The position numbers were made by a program, and so were the translations under genes. The notes below the pieces were generated by a model, which was not told where the DNA came from, searched no databases, and saw nothing but the letters and a program-made list of their open reading frames with translations. From the NCBI GenBank assembly GCA_043820105.1, contig JBDREC010000029.1, positions 62,001 to 89,885 on the forward strand: DNA of 27,885 bases. Reading direction: 5' to 3'. Below, piece after piece: positions 17,835 through 26,640 of this stretch; within the stretch, counting starts at the first letter, position 1, and every line of letters starts with the position of its first letter. The DNA comes from Pseudomonadota bacterium (GTDB lineage: Bacteria > Bdellovibrionota_F > JAHFAK01 > JBDREC01).

Positions 17835-18262
17835 GGTTTTTACTAAAATTTTTAAAATTAAAAAACAAAAACAAATTACTAGCAATTGAAGTCGCCTTTT
17901 TTTTATTTATAGCGAGGTTATCCATTTTATTTTTGCCTTATAGATTTTTAAAACCAGTGCTTGGAAAATACAAAAAAAGTAATGATTCTCAAAATGTTGA
18001 CCCGAAAGAATTAAGAAGAATTTCAAATTATATACATAAAATTTCTAAATATATGCCTGTAAAATCTAATTGTTTACCCCAGGCAATTACAGCCAAATGT
18101 ATGCTTAAAGCCAGAAACATCAACAGCACTCTATACATTGGACTGGGAAAAGATAAAAAAAACCATCTTTTACAAGCTCATGCATGGTTGAAAGTAAATG
18201 AATTTTCCGTCACTGGAGGAATAAATAACACAGAGTATTCAGAGGTAGCTTATTTTGGCTAG
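17831..18262 (+). CDS. Lasso peptide biosynthesis B2 protein (transglutaminase-like leader peptidase)
   Basis: NCLPQAITA (catalytic Cys), LYIGLG, LQAHAWL (His), VTGG. ATGA overlap with the rSAM stop. Confidence 0.9.
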   Translation: MRFLLKFLKLKNKNKLLAIEVAFFLFIARLSILFLPYRFLKPVLGKYKKSNDSQNVDPKELRRISNYIHKISKYMPVKSNCLPQAITAKCMLKARNINSTLYIGLGKDKKNHLLQAHAWLKVNEFSVTGGINNTEYSEVAYFG

Positions 18263-20006
18263 CATTAAAGCAAATATTGATTTACTTTTAATTTATGTAA
18301 AAGATCTACTGCTTTTTACAAAGTTAAAGTTTTTACTTCTTTTTGTAATGTCCCTAATAAATGCCCTTGGACAGGGCTTGAATTTTTATATGCTTATTCC
18401 AATGTTTAGCATTTTAAACATAGAAAACACAAATGAAGCAGGCAAGCTCAATAAAGTCAGTCAATATATTTATGAATTTTACAATTACTTCAATGTTCCA
18501 GTAAGCATCGCCTCTATCATAATAGTTTTTTTGATTCTTAGTTCTATAGTTTTTTTCTTGAGATATAAGCAAACTATTTTAACCTCAGACATTCAACTAA
18601 CTTATACTAGCAGACTGCAAAAAAAGCTTTTTGAGTCCTTGATATTCGCTGAATGGACCTTTGTTTCAAAGCAAAAGTCCTCCAATATTAGCCAGATTCT
18701 AACATCTGATCTTCCCATTGTTTCAACAGGAACATATTTTGCGCTGAGGATGTTCACAAATTTCGCGTTAATTTTGGGCTATATTTTTTGGGCCATGAGT
18801 ATTTCAATAAAATTAACCCTTGCTACACTTTTAATATCAATATTAATTTTTTATGTTTTTAAATTCTATTTTTCATTAGCTCTTGAAACTGGCACCTTCA
18901 TGAGAGAATCAAGATCTAATCTTTTTTCAATTTTAATGGATCATTTAAGTGGAGTAAAGCTGGCCAAAAGTTATGGAAAAGAAGAAATAGAAAAACAAAG
19001 ATTTCAAGAAACAGTTGATAATATTTCATACAAATCTCTTGATGTAATAAGATACAATTCCAAAACACAATTAATTTATAATGTTCTAACAACAATTATT
19101 TTAGGCCTAATCCTTTATTATTCCTTAGAAATAATTGAATTGCCTTTGGTTAATATTGCAGTATTTCTCTTGATTTTTTCTAAGTTAATACCATGTCTTT
19201 CAACCTTGCAAAGCAATATTCAAAAACTAATTAGCATGCTTCCTTCTTTTTCTGCTACAGAAAACCTTTATAAAAATGCTATTAAACACAAAGAAGATAT
19301 CTTTAATAATAAAAATTATTCTACAGTAAATATAGATTTTAAAAATGAAATCAGATTAAAAGATATTTCATTTAAATATGAAAACGAGAAAAACTCCTTT
19401 TCCTTGAATAGAATAAATTTTCAAATACCCGTAAAAAAAATAACAGTAATAGAAGGTAAGTCTGGAAAAGGAAAAACAACTCTCCTTGATATTATCGCTG
19501 GAATATTAAAACCCGATATAGGTGAAATATTTATTGATGATACAAAACTTGATAAAAACAATTTATATTCATGGAGACAAAAAATATCATACTTGCCTCA
19601 GGAAGTATTTTTGTTTCACGACACGATAAAAAACAACCTTCTCTGGAGCAATGAAAATGCAAGTGAAGCAGAAATCATAGAAGCATTAAAGCTTTCCTCT
19701 GCTTATGATTTTGTTAATTCGCTTCCACAGGGAATAAATACTATTGTTAAAGATAGAGGGCAAAGATTATCAGGTGGAGAAAGACAAAGAATCGCTATTG
19801 CCAGGACCCTAATAAAAAAACCAGAAATAATTATCCTTGATGAAGCAACTAGTTCTCTTGACGAGAATAATGAAAAAATTATTTTTAATACAATTTTAAA
19901 ACTTCGAGGCAAATTCACAATTATTATTGCTAGTCATAGTAAAAATTTAGTAAATCTTGCAGATAATGTAATTAATCTTAATAAGAGTGTTTCCTCTTTA
20001 GAATAA
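18255..20006 (+). CDS. ABC exporter, permease plus ATPase, lasso-cluster D type
   Basis: Multi-TM N-terminal domain, Walker A GKSGKGKT, YLPQE, LSGGERQRIAIAR, ILDEATS. Overlaps B2. Confidence 0.92.
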   Translation: MASIKANIDLLLIYVKDLLLFTKLKFLLLFVMSLINALGQGLNFYMLIPMFSILNIENTNEAGKLNKVSQYIYEFYNYFNVPVSIASIIIVFLILSSIVFFLRYKQTILTSDIQLTYTSRLQKKLFESLIFAEWTFVSKQKSSNISQILTSDLPIVSTGTYFALRMFTNFALILGYIFWAMSISIKLTLATLLISILIFYVFKFYFSLALETGTFMRESRSNLFSILMDHLSGVKLAKSYGKEEIEKQRFQETVDNISYKSLDVIRYNSKTQLIYNVLTTIILGLILYYSLEIIELPLVNIAVFLLIFSKLIPCLSTLQSNIQKLISMLPSFSATENLYKNAIKHKEDIFNNKNYSTVNIDFKNEIRLKDISFKYENEKNSFSLNRINFQIPVKKITVIEGKSGKGKTTLLDIIAGILKPDIGEIFIDDTKLDKNNLYSWRQKISYLPQEVFLFHDTIKNNLLWSNENASEAEIIEALKLSSAYDFVNSLPQGINTIVKDRGQRLSGGERQRIAIARTLIKKPEIIILDEATSSLDENNEKIIFNTILKLRGKFTIIIASHSKNLVNLADNVINLNKSVSSLE

Positions 20007-20013
20007 AGAAACT

Positions 20014-21369
20014 CTATTTTTTCAATTTGTCTTTTACATAGCTCATAGCTTCTTCTTTGTCTTTAAATCTTCCTTCTAACTGCATATCATATACTTCCTT
20101 CAAAATCTCACCCATTATCGGTGATTCAGCGATTCCAAGCTCTAGTAAATCCTTGCCATCAACAAGTTTTTTGGGAAGCACATAGTTGTTTTCATTTTTT
20201 AATTCATTAATTTTTTCCATGACAAAATTGTAGTTATCCATTTTTCTATGACTTGATAGACAGTCCAGGCGGTGAAGCTCTAAGTGCAAATCAAAGCGCT
20301 CAAGGCTTATAAATTTTCTGAAGGTAGAAAGTTTCATTTTTTTTACGTTCATAAATCTCATATGATTTACAATTAGAGACAAAACTAAATCTGTCTCTTT
20401 ATTGGACAGCTTTAGCCTTTCACAGATTGGCTTTGAAAGCTGGTAAGACTCTTTATCATGATTGTTAAATCTTATTCTATCAGTAAGCTCCATTGTTGTT
20501 GCTTTGCCAATGTCATGCAATAAAACAGCCAAAAATAACGCAAACTCAGATCCAACTTTTGCTAGTCTAAGCATTTCATAGACATGATTAAACACATTTC
20601 CTTCAGGATGAAATTGTTTTGGTTGCTCGATTTCTCTTAAAACAAAGACCTCTGGAAGAATTTGTTTTAATAAACCAGTATCAAAAAGAAGTTCAAGACC
20701 AAGATGTGGATTGGGTCTTGTAAGCATCTTTTCCAGCTCTTCTCTTATTCTTTCACTTGATACCAGGTTGATTTGGTCAACCATTTCCTTAATAGCCGCT
20801 AGTGTTTCAGGCTCAATTTTAAAGTTAAGAGTTGAAGCAAACCTGACCGCCCTGAATAGCCGAAGCTTGTCTTCATTAAATCTTTGTCTTGGATCTCCAA
20901 TACATGCGAGAACTTTTTTATCAAGGTCCTGAACTCCACCAACACAGTCTGTTATTTCATGCGAATCTGGATCAAACAAAAGACCATTGATTCTAAAATC
21001 TCTTCTTTTTACATCCTGAACTTCATCTGTAAACTCTACAGCGCTTGGCCTTCTGCCATCTTGATAATCAATATCTTTTCTAAAAGTAGATACTTGAAAT
21101 TGATCTTTTCCCATTAATACAATTACAACTCCAAAAGATATGCCAACAGGAATAGTATTATTAAATATTTTTTGCACCTCGCTGGCTTTTGCATCTGTAG
21201 CAATATCAATATCAGAAGAATCCAGACCTAAAAGCAAGTCTCTTGCAAAACCGCCAACAAAAAAGGATTTAAAGCCATTTTTTGCAAGAAGTGCATGCAC
21301 TTTTAGAGCATTATTATATAAACTAGTTTGAAATTGTTTTAATTCTTTTTTGATTTTAACTTTATTCAT
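20014..21369 (-). CDS. cca: CCA tRNA nucleotidyltransferase with HD domain
   Basis: FVGGFARD, DIDIATD, RRDFRING, EDKLRLFRAVRF, SSERIREEL, HPEGNVFNH, LLHDIGK. Confidence 0.9.
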   Translation of the reverse strand: MNKVKIKKELKQFQTSLYNNALKVHALLAKNGFKSFFVGGFARDLLLGLDSSDIDIATDAKASEVQKIFNNTIPVGISFGVVIVLMGKDQFQVSTFRKDIDYQDGRRPSAVEFTDEVQDVKRRDFRINGLLFDPDSHEITDCVGGVQDLDKKVLACIGDPRQRFNEDKLRLFRAVRFASTLNFKIEPETLAAIKEMVDQINLVSSERIREELEKMLTRPNPHLGLELLFDTGLLKQILPEVFVLREIEQPKQFHPEGNVFNHVYEMLRLAKVGSEFALFLAVLLHDIGKATTMELTDRIRFNNHDKESYQLSKPICERLKLSNKETDLVLSLIVNHMRFMNVKKMKLSTFRKFISLERFDLHLELHRLDCLSSHRKMDNYNFVMEKINELKNENNYVLPKKLVDGKDLLELGIAESPIMGEILKEVYDMQLEGRFKDKEEAMSYVKDKLKK

Positions 21370-21389
21370 AATACAAGAAACTACAGTTA

Positions 21390-22901
21390 TTAATTTAAAA
21401 CTCCTCCAACACCTTGATGTGCATTTATGTAATCATCTAAAACATCAGGAATATCAGATGAAACTATTCCCCATTTTTCACCCAATATTTCAAAAAGAAC
21501 TTCTTTATCAATCTTTTTAAGTTTATCTGCTTTTGTCTTTTCAAAACATATTGCTTTAAGTTTTGAAAGAGTCTTTTTCTCATTCAATAAAATATTTGTT
21601 ACCTTACAATTGCTAATAAATTTTTCTTCATACACTTGTTTTAATTTATCTACAAACTGAAACTGATTTTTACGCTCTTTTAAAAATTTGGAATGCAGAT
21701 CATATATTGATTTAAAATCTCTTTTATATAAAAATTGAAAATACTTCTGACATAAGTTAATTATTTTTAATTTAGAATTAAGTTCTTGCTTTAATTCATG
21801 AAGAATTTTCAAGTCCTCTTTGGACATTTCTACAATTTCAAGGGTCTGATTTAGAATTTCAATAGCCTCTGAAAATTCCAGCTTCCCTTGTAAGAATAAA
21901 ACATAATCTGTTCTGACTCTCAATGAGGCAAAATTTTTATCAACAAGATCCTTCAAAATCTTTTTTGCTTCAGAATCAGCCCCTTCATTAGCTAATATTT
22001 TTGCATATCTTAAACATGCATGCAGAAAATTTTTATTAATTGAGCAGGCTTTTTTTAGATATATTTTTTGAGAAACCTTATTTTCATCACTTGTTTCAAT
22101 TGCAATTAAATAGTTTTCAAAACCGTTTTTATCGATATCCCCAAAAATAAAATGTTTAGAAATTTCAATCAATTCTTCAAGCTCATAAGATACACCCTTT
22201 TGATATTCTAATGCTTTTTTAAAAAAGGAAAAGCCTTCATTGCCATTGCCTTTTAATAATTCTAAATAACCTCTTTCTTTATAATATTGCTCCATTTTAG
22301 CAGCAGTATTTGAAAATATTTTTGCTTTTTCGAGCCATTTTTCCATTTCCGAATAATTAGCTATTCTTCTGTTTAGCTGTGCAAGTCTCATTGAAACAGT
22401 AAAATCAAAGCTAGCTTCACTTAAAGATAGTTTATAAATCTTATGAATAAGCCAATATTCTAAATAACTTTCATTAATAACAGTAAAATTTTTAGATTCT
22501 TCACTAGAATAAATTTTTTGCATTAGCTCATAGGCAGCAGAAATCGTATCAATGGCCTGGAAGTTTTTGCCTTTTTTTGCCTGGATTTCTGCCAATTCCC
22601 ACAAAGGAATATAGTGATTTATCTTTAATCTAAGTGCTTTATTATAAAGCAATTCTGCCATTTCGCTGTTTCCAAGAACATTGTAACACCTAGCTGATAA
22701 TAAAGGGAAAAGATAGTATTTAGGATATAAATTTTCTGCTTTTTTAAATTGCAAAAGGGCTTTATTATAATTCCCGGCCTCATAAAAATCCACCCCTCGC
22801 TGAACATAATCCATACAGAAATTAATTTCTGTCTTTTTTTCACAGGCAAGGGGAAATAATATTGAAATTAAGAATATTGTGAGGATTATGGGGCTTTTCA
22901 C
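21390..22901 (-). CDS. Tetratricopeptide-repeat lipoprotein
   Basis: Lipobox-like LFPLAC; TPR-like helices (RGVDFYEAGNYNKALLQFKKAENLYP; ARCYNVLGNSEMAELLYNKALRL). GTG start. Confidence 0.72.
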   Translation of the reverse strand: MKSPIILTIFLISILFPLACEKKTEINFCMDYVQRGVDFYEAGNYNKALLQFKKAENLYPKYYLFPLLSARCYNVLGNSEMAELLYNKALRLKINHYIPLWELAEIQAKKGKNFQAIDTISAAYELMQKIYSSEESKNFTVINESYLEYWLIHKIYKLSLSEASFDFTVSMRLAQLNRRIANYSEMEKWLEKAKIFSNTAAKMEQYYKERGYLELLKGNGNEGFSFFKKALEYQKGVSYELEELIEISKHFIFGDIDKNGFENYLIAIETSDENKVSQKIYLKKACSINKNFLHACLRYAKILANEGADSEAKKILKDLVDKNFASLRVRTDYVLFLQGKLEFSEAIEILNQTLEIVEMSKEDLKILHELKQELNSKLKIINLCQKYFQFLYKRDFKSIYDLHSKFLKERKNQFQFVDKLKQVYEEKFISNCKVTNILLNEKKTLSKLKAICFEKTKADKLKKIDKEVLFEILGEKWGIVSSDIPDVLDDYINAHQGVGGVLN

Positions 22902-22946
22902 TTTTTGCTTTTCCTATATAGTATTGATGAATGGTTATTTGTTTTA

Positions 22947-22988
22947 AATAATCAATAATTAATAATCAATAATTAATAATTAATAATT
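22947..22988. repeat. Heptamer array (AATAATY)6
   Basis: Six consecutive 7-nt units upstream of the TPR gene. Confidence 0.8.
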
Positions 22989-23030
22989 AATTTTAGAGGG
23001 AAAAGGCTCTTAAAAAAAATATGCCCATAT

Positions 23031-23123
23031 AAATATCAAAATCCCTGCAGATAACGGAGGGGGGGTTTACCTGCAGGGATCTTATACTCAAGCTCTATTG
23101 AGCTATCATATGTAATTTTGTGA
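23031..23123 (-). ncRNA. Candidate small RNA with C-rich (anti-SD) loop hairpin
   Basis: Lies downstream of a TTGACT-17-TATAAA promoter. Ends in stem ATCCCTGCAGGTAA/TTATCTGCAGGGAT with loop ACCCCCCCTCCG, then TTTGATATTT. No ORF. Confidence 0.5.
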
Positions 23124-23128
23124 TAGTG

Positions 23129-23157
23129 TTTATACAGAAATTGACCACTTAAGTCAA
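23129..23157 (-). promoter_or_regulatory. Near-consensus sigma70 promoter overlapped by a TTGAC-N7-GTCAA palindrome
   Basis: -35 TTGACT (23152-23157), 17-nt spacer, -10 TATAAA (23129-23134); palindrome at 23141-23157. Confidence 0.55.
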
Positions 23158-23164
23158 GGGTATA

Positions 23165-23200
23165 ATAGTGTCCCTCTGCAATTCAGACACTATATTTTTA
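23165..23200. terminator. Hairpin, possible terminator
   Basis: ATAGTGTC-13 nt-GACACTAT followed by ATTTTTA on the + strand. Weak, AT-rich stem. Confidence 0.3.
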
Positions 23201-23316
23201 ATAATTTAGGCCTGTACCCAATTGATGGTATTATAAACGTGATCAATGGAGGATCTTTGCTGCAAGTAATTTTTAGTACATTATTTTCTTGTTGAATTAA
23301 ACTATAATTTCTTCAC

Positions 23317-23544
23317 TCATTTGTATTCCTCTAAAAATGTTTTTTTTATTTCTTCAAAAATATGATCTATTTCTTTATTAATTTTTCTGACTTTCGCTAA
23401 ACCTTTTTGATATTTTTTATAGGAATCAACTTTTTCTTTTACTGAAGGATAATCATCTTTTCTAACCATTTTGGTGGATTTTTTATCAATTACAAAATAA
23501 AGCCTTTTAAAGCCTGAGTGTAGCGAACGGGGCGCATGCCCTTT
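23317..23544 (-). pseudogene. Remnant resembling the C-terminal half of an IS-associated small protein (DUF6788-like)
   Basis: Open frame ...LYFVIDKKSTKMVRKDDYPSVKEKVDSYKKYQKGLAKVRKINKEIDHIFEEIKKTFLEEYK*. In-frame TAA upstream; the following coupled ATG reading stops after 7 codons. Confidence 0.35.
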
Positions 23545-23600
23545 TTAAAATAACTTCCCTGAGATTTTCATAAAAAATAAAATATGTAGTTTGTTGTTGC

Positions 23601-24050
23601 CTAGAAAGGAATATCTGAATCTGGATCTGGGTTTAAACCTAGGTTTTTTGTGTCTGTTGGTTCATTGCCTTGATTTGATGCAAAAGAATTATTGTTTTTT
23701 GATTGAAAATTATCAGATGTTTGTGAACCTAGAAATTGAACTGTTGAGGCAATAATTTCTGTTGTATATCTTTTATTGCCATCTTTATCATCCCATTGAT
23801 TTGTTCTTACTTTGCCTTCGATGAATACTGGACGACCTTTTGATAAATATTCAGCACAATTTTCACCTTGTTTTCCCCAGACTTTAATTTTGAACCATTC
23901 TGTATGTTCTTCTTTTTTGCCTTCTTTATTTATCCAGGTTTCATTTGCTGCAACACTAAAACTTGCAACAGCTTTTCCATCGCTTAAATATCTAATTTCC
24001 GGATCTTGTCCTAAATTACCCATTATTAATATTTTATTAAGACTTGCCAT
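23601..24050 (-). CDS. ssb: Single-stranded DNA-binding protein
   Basis: LNKILIMGNLGQDPEIRY, EHTEWF, YLSKGRPVFIEG, C-terminal DSDIPF; AAGGAG SD. Confidence 0.97.
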   Translation of the reverse strand: MASLNKILIMGNLGQDPEIRYLSDGKAVASFSVAANETWINKEGKKEEHTEWFKIKVWGKQGENCAEYLSKGRPVFIEGKVRTNQWDDKDGNKRYTTEIIASTVQFLGSQTSDNFQSKNNNSFASNQGNEPTDTKNLGLNPDPDSDIPF

Positions 24051-24067
24051 TGTTGAATCTCCTTGTT

Positions 24068-24133
24068 TAAGTGGTAAGCTGTAAGTGGTAAGCTGTAAGT
24101 GTTTTGTTTTATCAGCTTAAAGCTTAAAGCATA
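24068..24133. repeat. Inverted heptamer cassette (TAAGTGG/TAAGCTG)5 ... (MAGCTTA)3
   Basis: Units at 24068-24102 and 24113-24133; CAGCTTA is the reverse complement of TAAGCTG. Confidence 0.82.
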
Positions 24134-24190
24134 GCCCTTGATGTCTCTCTTTCTAACGACACTTTGCTTAATTGGTCAAGGAAAATATGC

Positions 24191-25072
24191 TTAATCTTCT
24201 GCTACAAGCGGTCTAAAGCCAGCACCTAATATCTCCCTTGAGTCTATGACTATTATAAAGGCATCAGGATCTACCTGTTTTACAAAATCTTCTACATATA
24301 CTACTTCTCTTCTATTTAAGGCAGTGAAAATTATTTGTTTTTCGGCTTTTTCGTACATTCCAAAGCCTGCGAGGATGGTGCCACCACGATTGATTTTCTT
24401 AAGAATAAATTCCCGAATTTCTTCATGTTTATCTGAAACTATAAAAAGGCATTTTTTATAATTTAGACCTGTCATTACCACATCAATAACTTTTCCTGTT
24501 ACAAAAATTGTGATAATTGAATAAAGAGCCAAGGTAAAGTCTTTAAAGGCTACTACGCCTATGCAAACAATTATTGTATCAACAATTATTAGGTTTTGTC
24601 CAACTGGGATGTTAAAATATTTTGTCATTATTTGGGCAACAATATCACTTCCCCCAGTAGTCGCTTTTGCTCTGAAAACCAAGGCTAACCCGCTGCCAAT
24701 GAAGACACCGCCAAAGATTGAAGACAGCATTATATCTTGTGTAAGAGGCTCATTTCCCCAAAAAAAGGTAATGAAATCGATTAGGAAACTTGTTAAGATT
24801 AAGCCAATAATTGTTTTTGTGCCAAATTTTGGGCCTAATTCTTTGATTCCCCAAATAATTAAAGGTATGTTTATAACTAAACCGACTGTACCTGTTGGGA
24901 GCTTGAAGATGTGATGTATAATAATTGCAATGCCATAGGCTCCACCTGGAACAATTTTATGTGGAATAATAAATAGCACATATCCCACTGCCATGATTAG
25001 GCAGCCAAAAATAAGTTTAATGTAATTTCTTGTTTTTTTATTTATTATAATATTGTCATGTAACCAGTTCAT
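24191..25072 (-). CDS. YitT family membrane protein
   Basis: IVPGGAYGIA, NIPL, ATTGGSDIVA, INRGGT, VDPDAF, GAGF. GGAG spacing favours ATG 25072 over 25078. Confidence 0.9.
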   Translation of the reverse strand: MNWLHDNIIINKKTRNYIKLIFGCLIMAVGYVLFIIPHKIVPGGAYGIAIIIHHIFKLPTGTVGLVINIPLIIWGIKELGPKFGTKTIIGLILTSFLIDFITFFWGNEPLTQDIMLSSIFGGVFIGSGLALVFRAKATTGGSDIVAQIMTKYFNIPVGQNLIIVDTIIVCIGVVAFKDFTLALYSIITIFVTGKVIDVVMTGLNYKKCLFIVSDKHEEIREFILKKINRGGTILAGFGMYEKAEKQIIFTALNRREVVYVEDFVKQVDPDAFIIVIDSREILGAGFRPLVAED

Positions 25073-25261
25073 AGGCATCTCCAGGTAGTTTGTTCTCCTC
25101 CATATGAGCGGGCTAATAGCACTTTAAAAATAAAATACAACTAAAATCGGATGTTTTTCTTGTTTTTTGTTGGAAAAAGTGGAGAGTATATTAAAAGATG
25201 GCATTAATAAATTTGTTGATTAGTGTCGTACTTACTATAATTTTGAATATTAAATCTTAAT

Positions 25262-26560
25262 CTAAGCTTTTATAACTAGAGCTTTTCCCTTAATATCCTT
25301 CATGGCGTTTCTAGTATCAACAACAAGTTTTGCGTGTTCACCTATTAAATTATAATCCATTGAGGAATGATTTGTTGAGATAAGGACACAGTCTTGATTT
25401 TTTAAATTTGCTTCATTCAATTCAACGGATTTCATATTAATTGAATATTCTCTTGTTTCTGTAATTTCTGGTAAATATGGATCATGATAAGAAACACAGG
25501 CTCCTTTTTCTCTTAATATTTCGATTAATTTAAGAGTTGGAGACTCTCTTATATCATCAACGTCTTTTTTATAAGCAGCACCTAAAATGAGGATTTTGGA
25601 ATTTTTTATTGCTTTTGACTCTTCATTTAAAGCATTTGAAATTCTATCAACTACGTAATAAGGCATTTTTGTGTTAATTTCGCCCGCGAGTTCTATGAAT
25701 CTTGCTGGAATATCATATTCTTTTGCTTTCCAGGATAAATAAAATGGGTCTATTGGAATACAATGCCCGCCCAAACCAGGACCAGGATAGAAAGGATAAA
25801 AACCAAATGGTTTTGTTTTCGCGGCTTCAATTACTTCCCAGACATCAATATCCATTTCAGTAAAAATGGTTTTCATTTCATTGACCATGGCTATATTTAC
25901 ACTTCTAAAGATATTTTCTAGAAGTTTTGTTGCTTCAGCTACCCTTGTTGTTGAAACAGGGATAGGTTTTACAATTTGCTCATAAAGGGCAATTGAATAT
26001 TCTTTGCATTTTTCAGTTATACCAGAAACGATTTTTGGGATATCAGCGGTTTTGAAATTAGGATTATTCGGATCTTCTCTTTCTGGTGAAAAGCAAAGAT
26101 AAAAGTCTTTGCCAACTTCTTTTCCACCTTCTGAGAGGATAGGCAGTAGCACTTCATCTGTTGTACCTGGCCAGGTGGTGCTTTCAAGTGCTACAAGCGC
26201 TCCTTTTTTCATATGTTTAGCGGCAACTTTTGTTGAATCTATTACATAAGTAAGATCAGGTTCTTTTTGTTTTGTAAGGGGGGTTGGAACACAAAGAATA
26301 ATGGCATCCATTTCATTTAATTTGTCAAAGTTTGCATAAGCTGCAAAGTTGCCTTTTTCTAAAACCTCTTTGATTCCAGAAGCTGGAATATGTTTTAAAT
26401 AGCTTTCTCCCTGCATGAGCATTAAGGACTTTTTTTCATCTATATCAAAGCCAAAGACTTTGAAATCTTTTTTGCCAAATTCTAATAAAAGCGGAAGGCC
26501 AACATATCCAAGGCCTATTATACCAATATTAATATCTTTATTTTTTATTATATCTAACAT
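25262..26560 (-). CDS. Nucleotide-sugar dehydrogenase (UDP-GlcNAc 6-dehydrogenase, WbpA-like)
   Basis: IGLGYVGLP, CVPTP, LESTTWPGTT, SPEREDP, KLLENIFR, GPGLGGHCIPIDP, YKKDVDDIRESP. Confidence 0.92.
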   Translation of the reverse strand: MLDIIKNKDINIGIIGLGYVGLPLLLEFGKKDFKVFGFDIDEKKSLMLMQGESYLKHIPASGIKEVLEKGNFAAYANFDKLNEMDAIILCVPTPLTKQKEPDLTYVIDSTKVAAKHMKKGALVALESTTWPGTTDEVLLPILSEGGKEVGKDFYLCFSPEREDPNNPNFKTADIPKIVSGITEKCKEYSIALYEQIVKPIPVSTTRVAEATKLLENIFRSVNIAMVNEMKTIFTEMDIDVWEVIEAAKTKPFGFYPFYPGPGLGGHCIPIDPFYLSWKAKEYDIPARFIELAGEINTKMPYYVVDRISNALNEESKAIKNSKILILGAAYKKDVDDIRESPTLKLIEILREKGACVSYHDPYLPEITETREYSINMKSVELNEANLKNQDCVLISTNHSSMDYNLIGEHAKLVVDTRNAMKDIKGKALVIKA

Positions 26561-26640
26561 TTTTCTATAGATCCTTTAAATTATATTGTTAAAACGTTTA
26601 CTAAATTGGAAGTTAAAAGAAAAGTAAAATATTTTGGGTT

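Noticed and set aside
20990-21012. RRDFRIN instead of the usual RRDFTIN in the CCA enzyme
   Set aside because: The key RRD and EDxxR motifs are intact; a single substitution is not enough to claim altered specificity.
23141-23166. + strand promoter TTGACC...TATAAT
   Set aside because: The spacer is only 14 nt; the minus-strand promoter has the canonical 17 nt.
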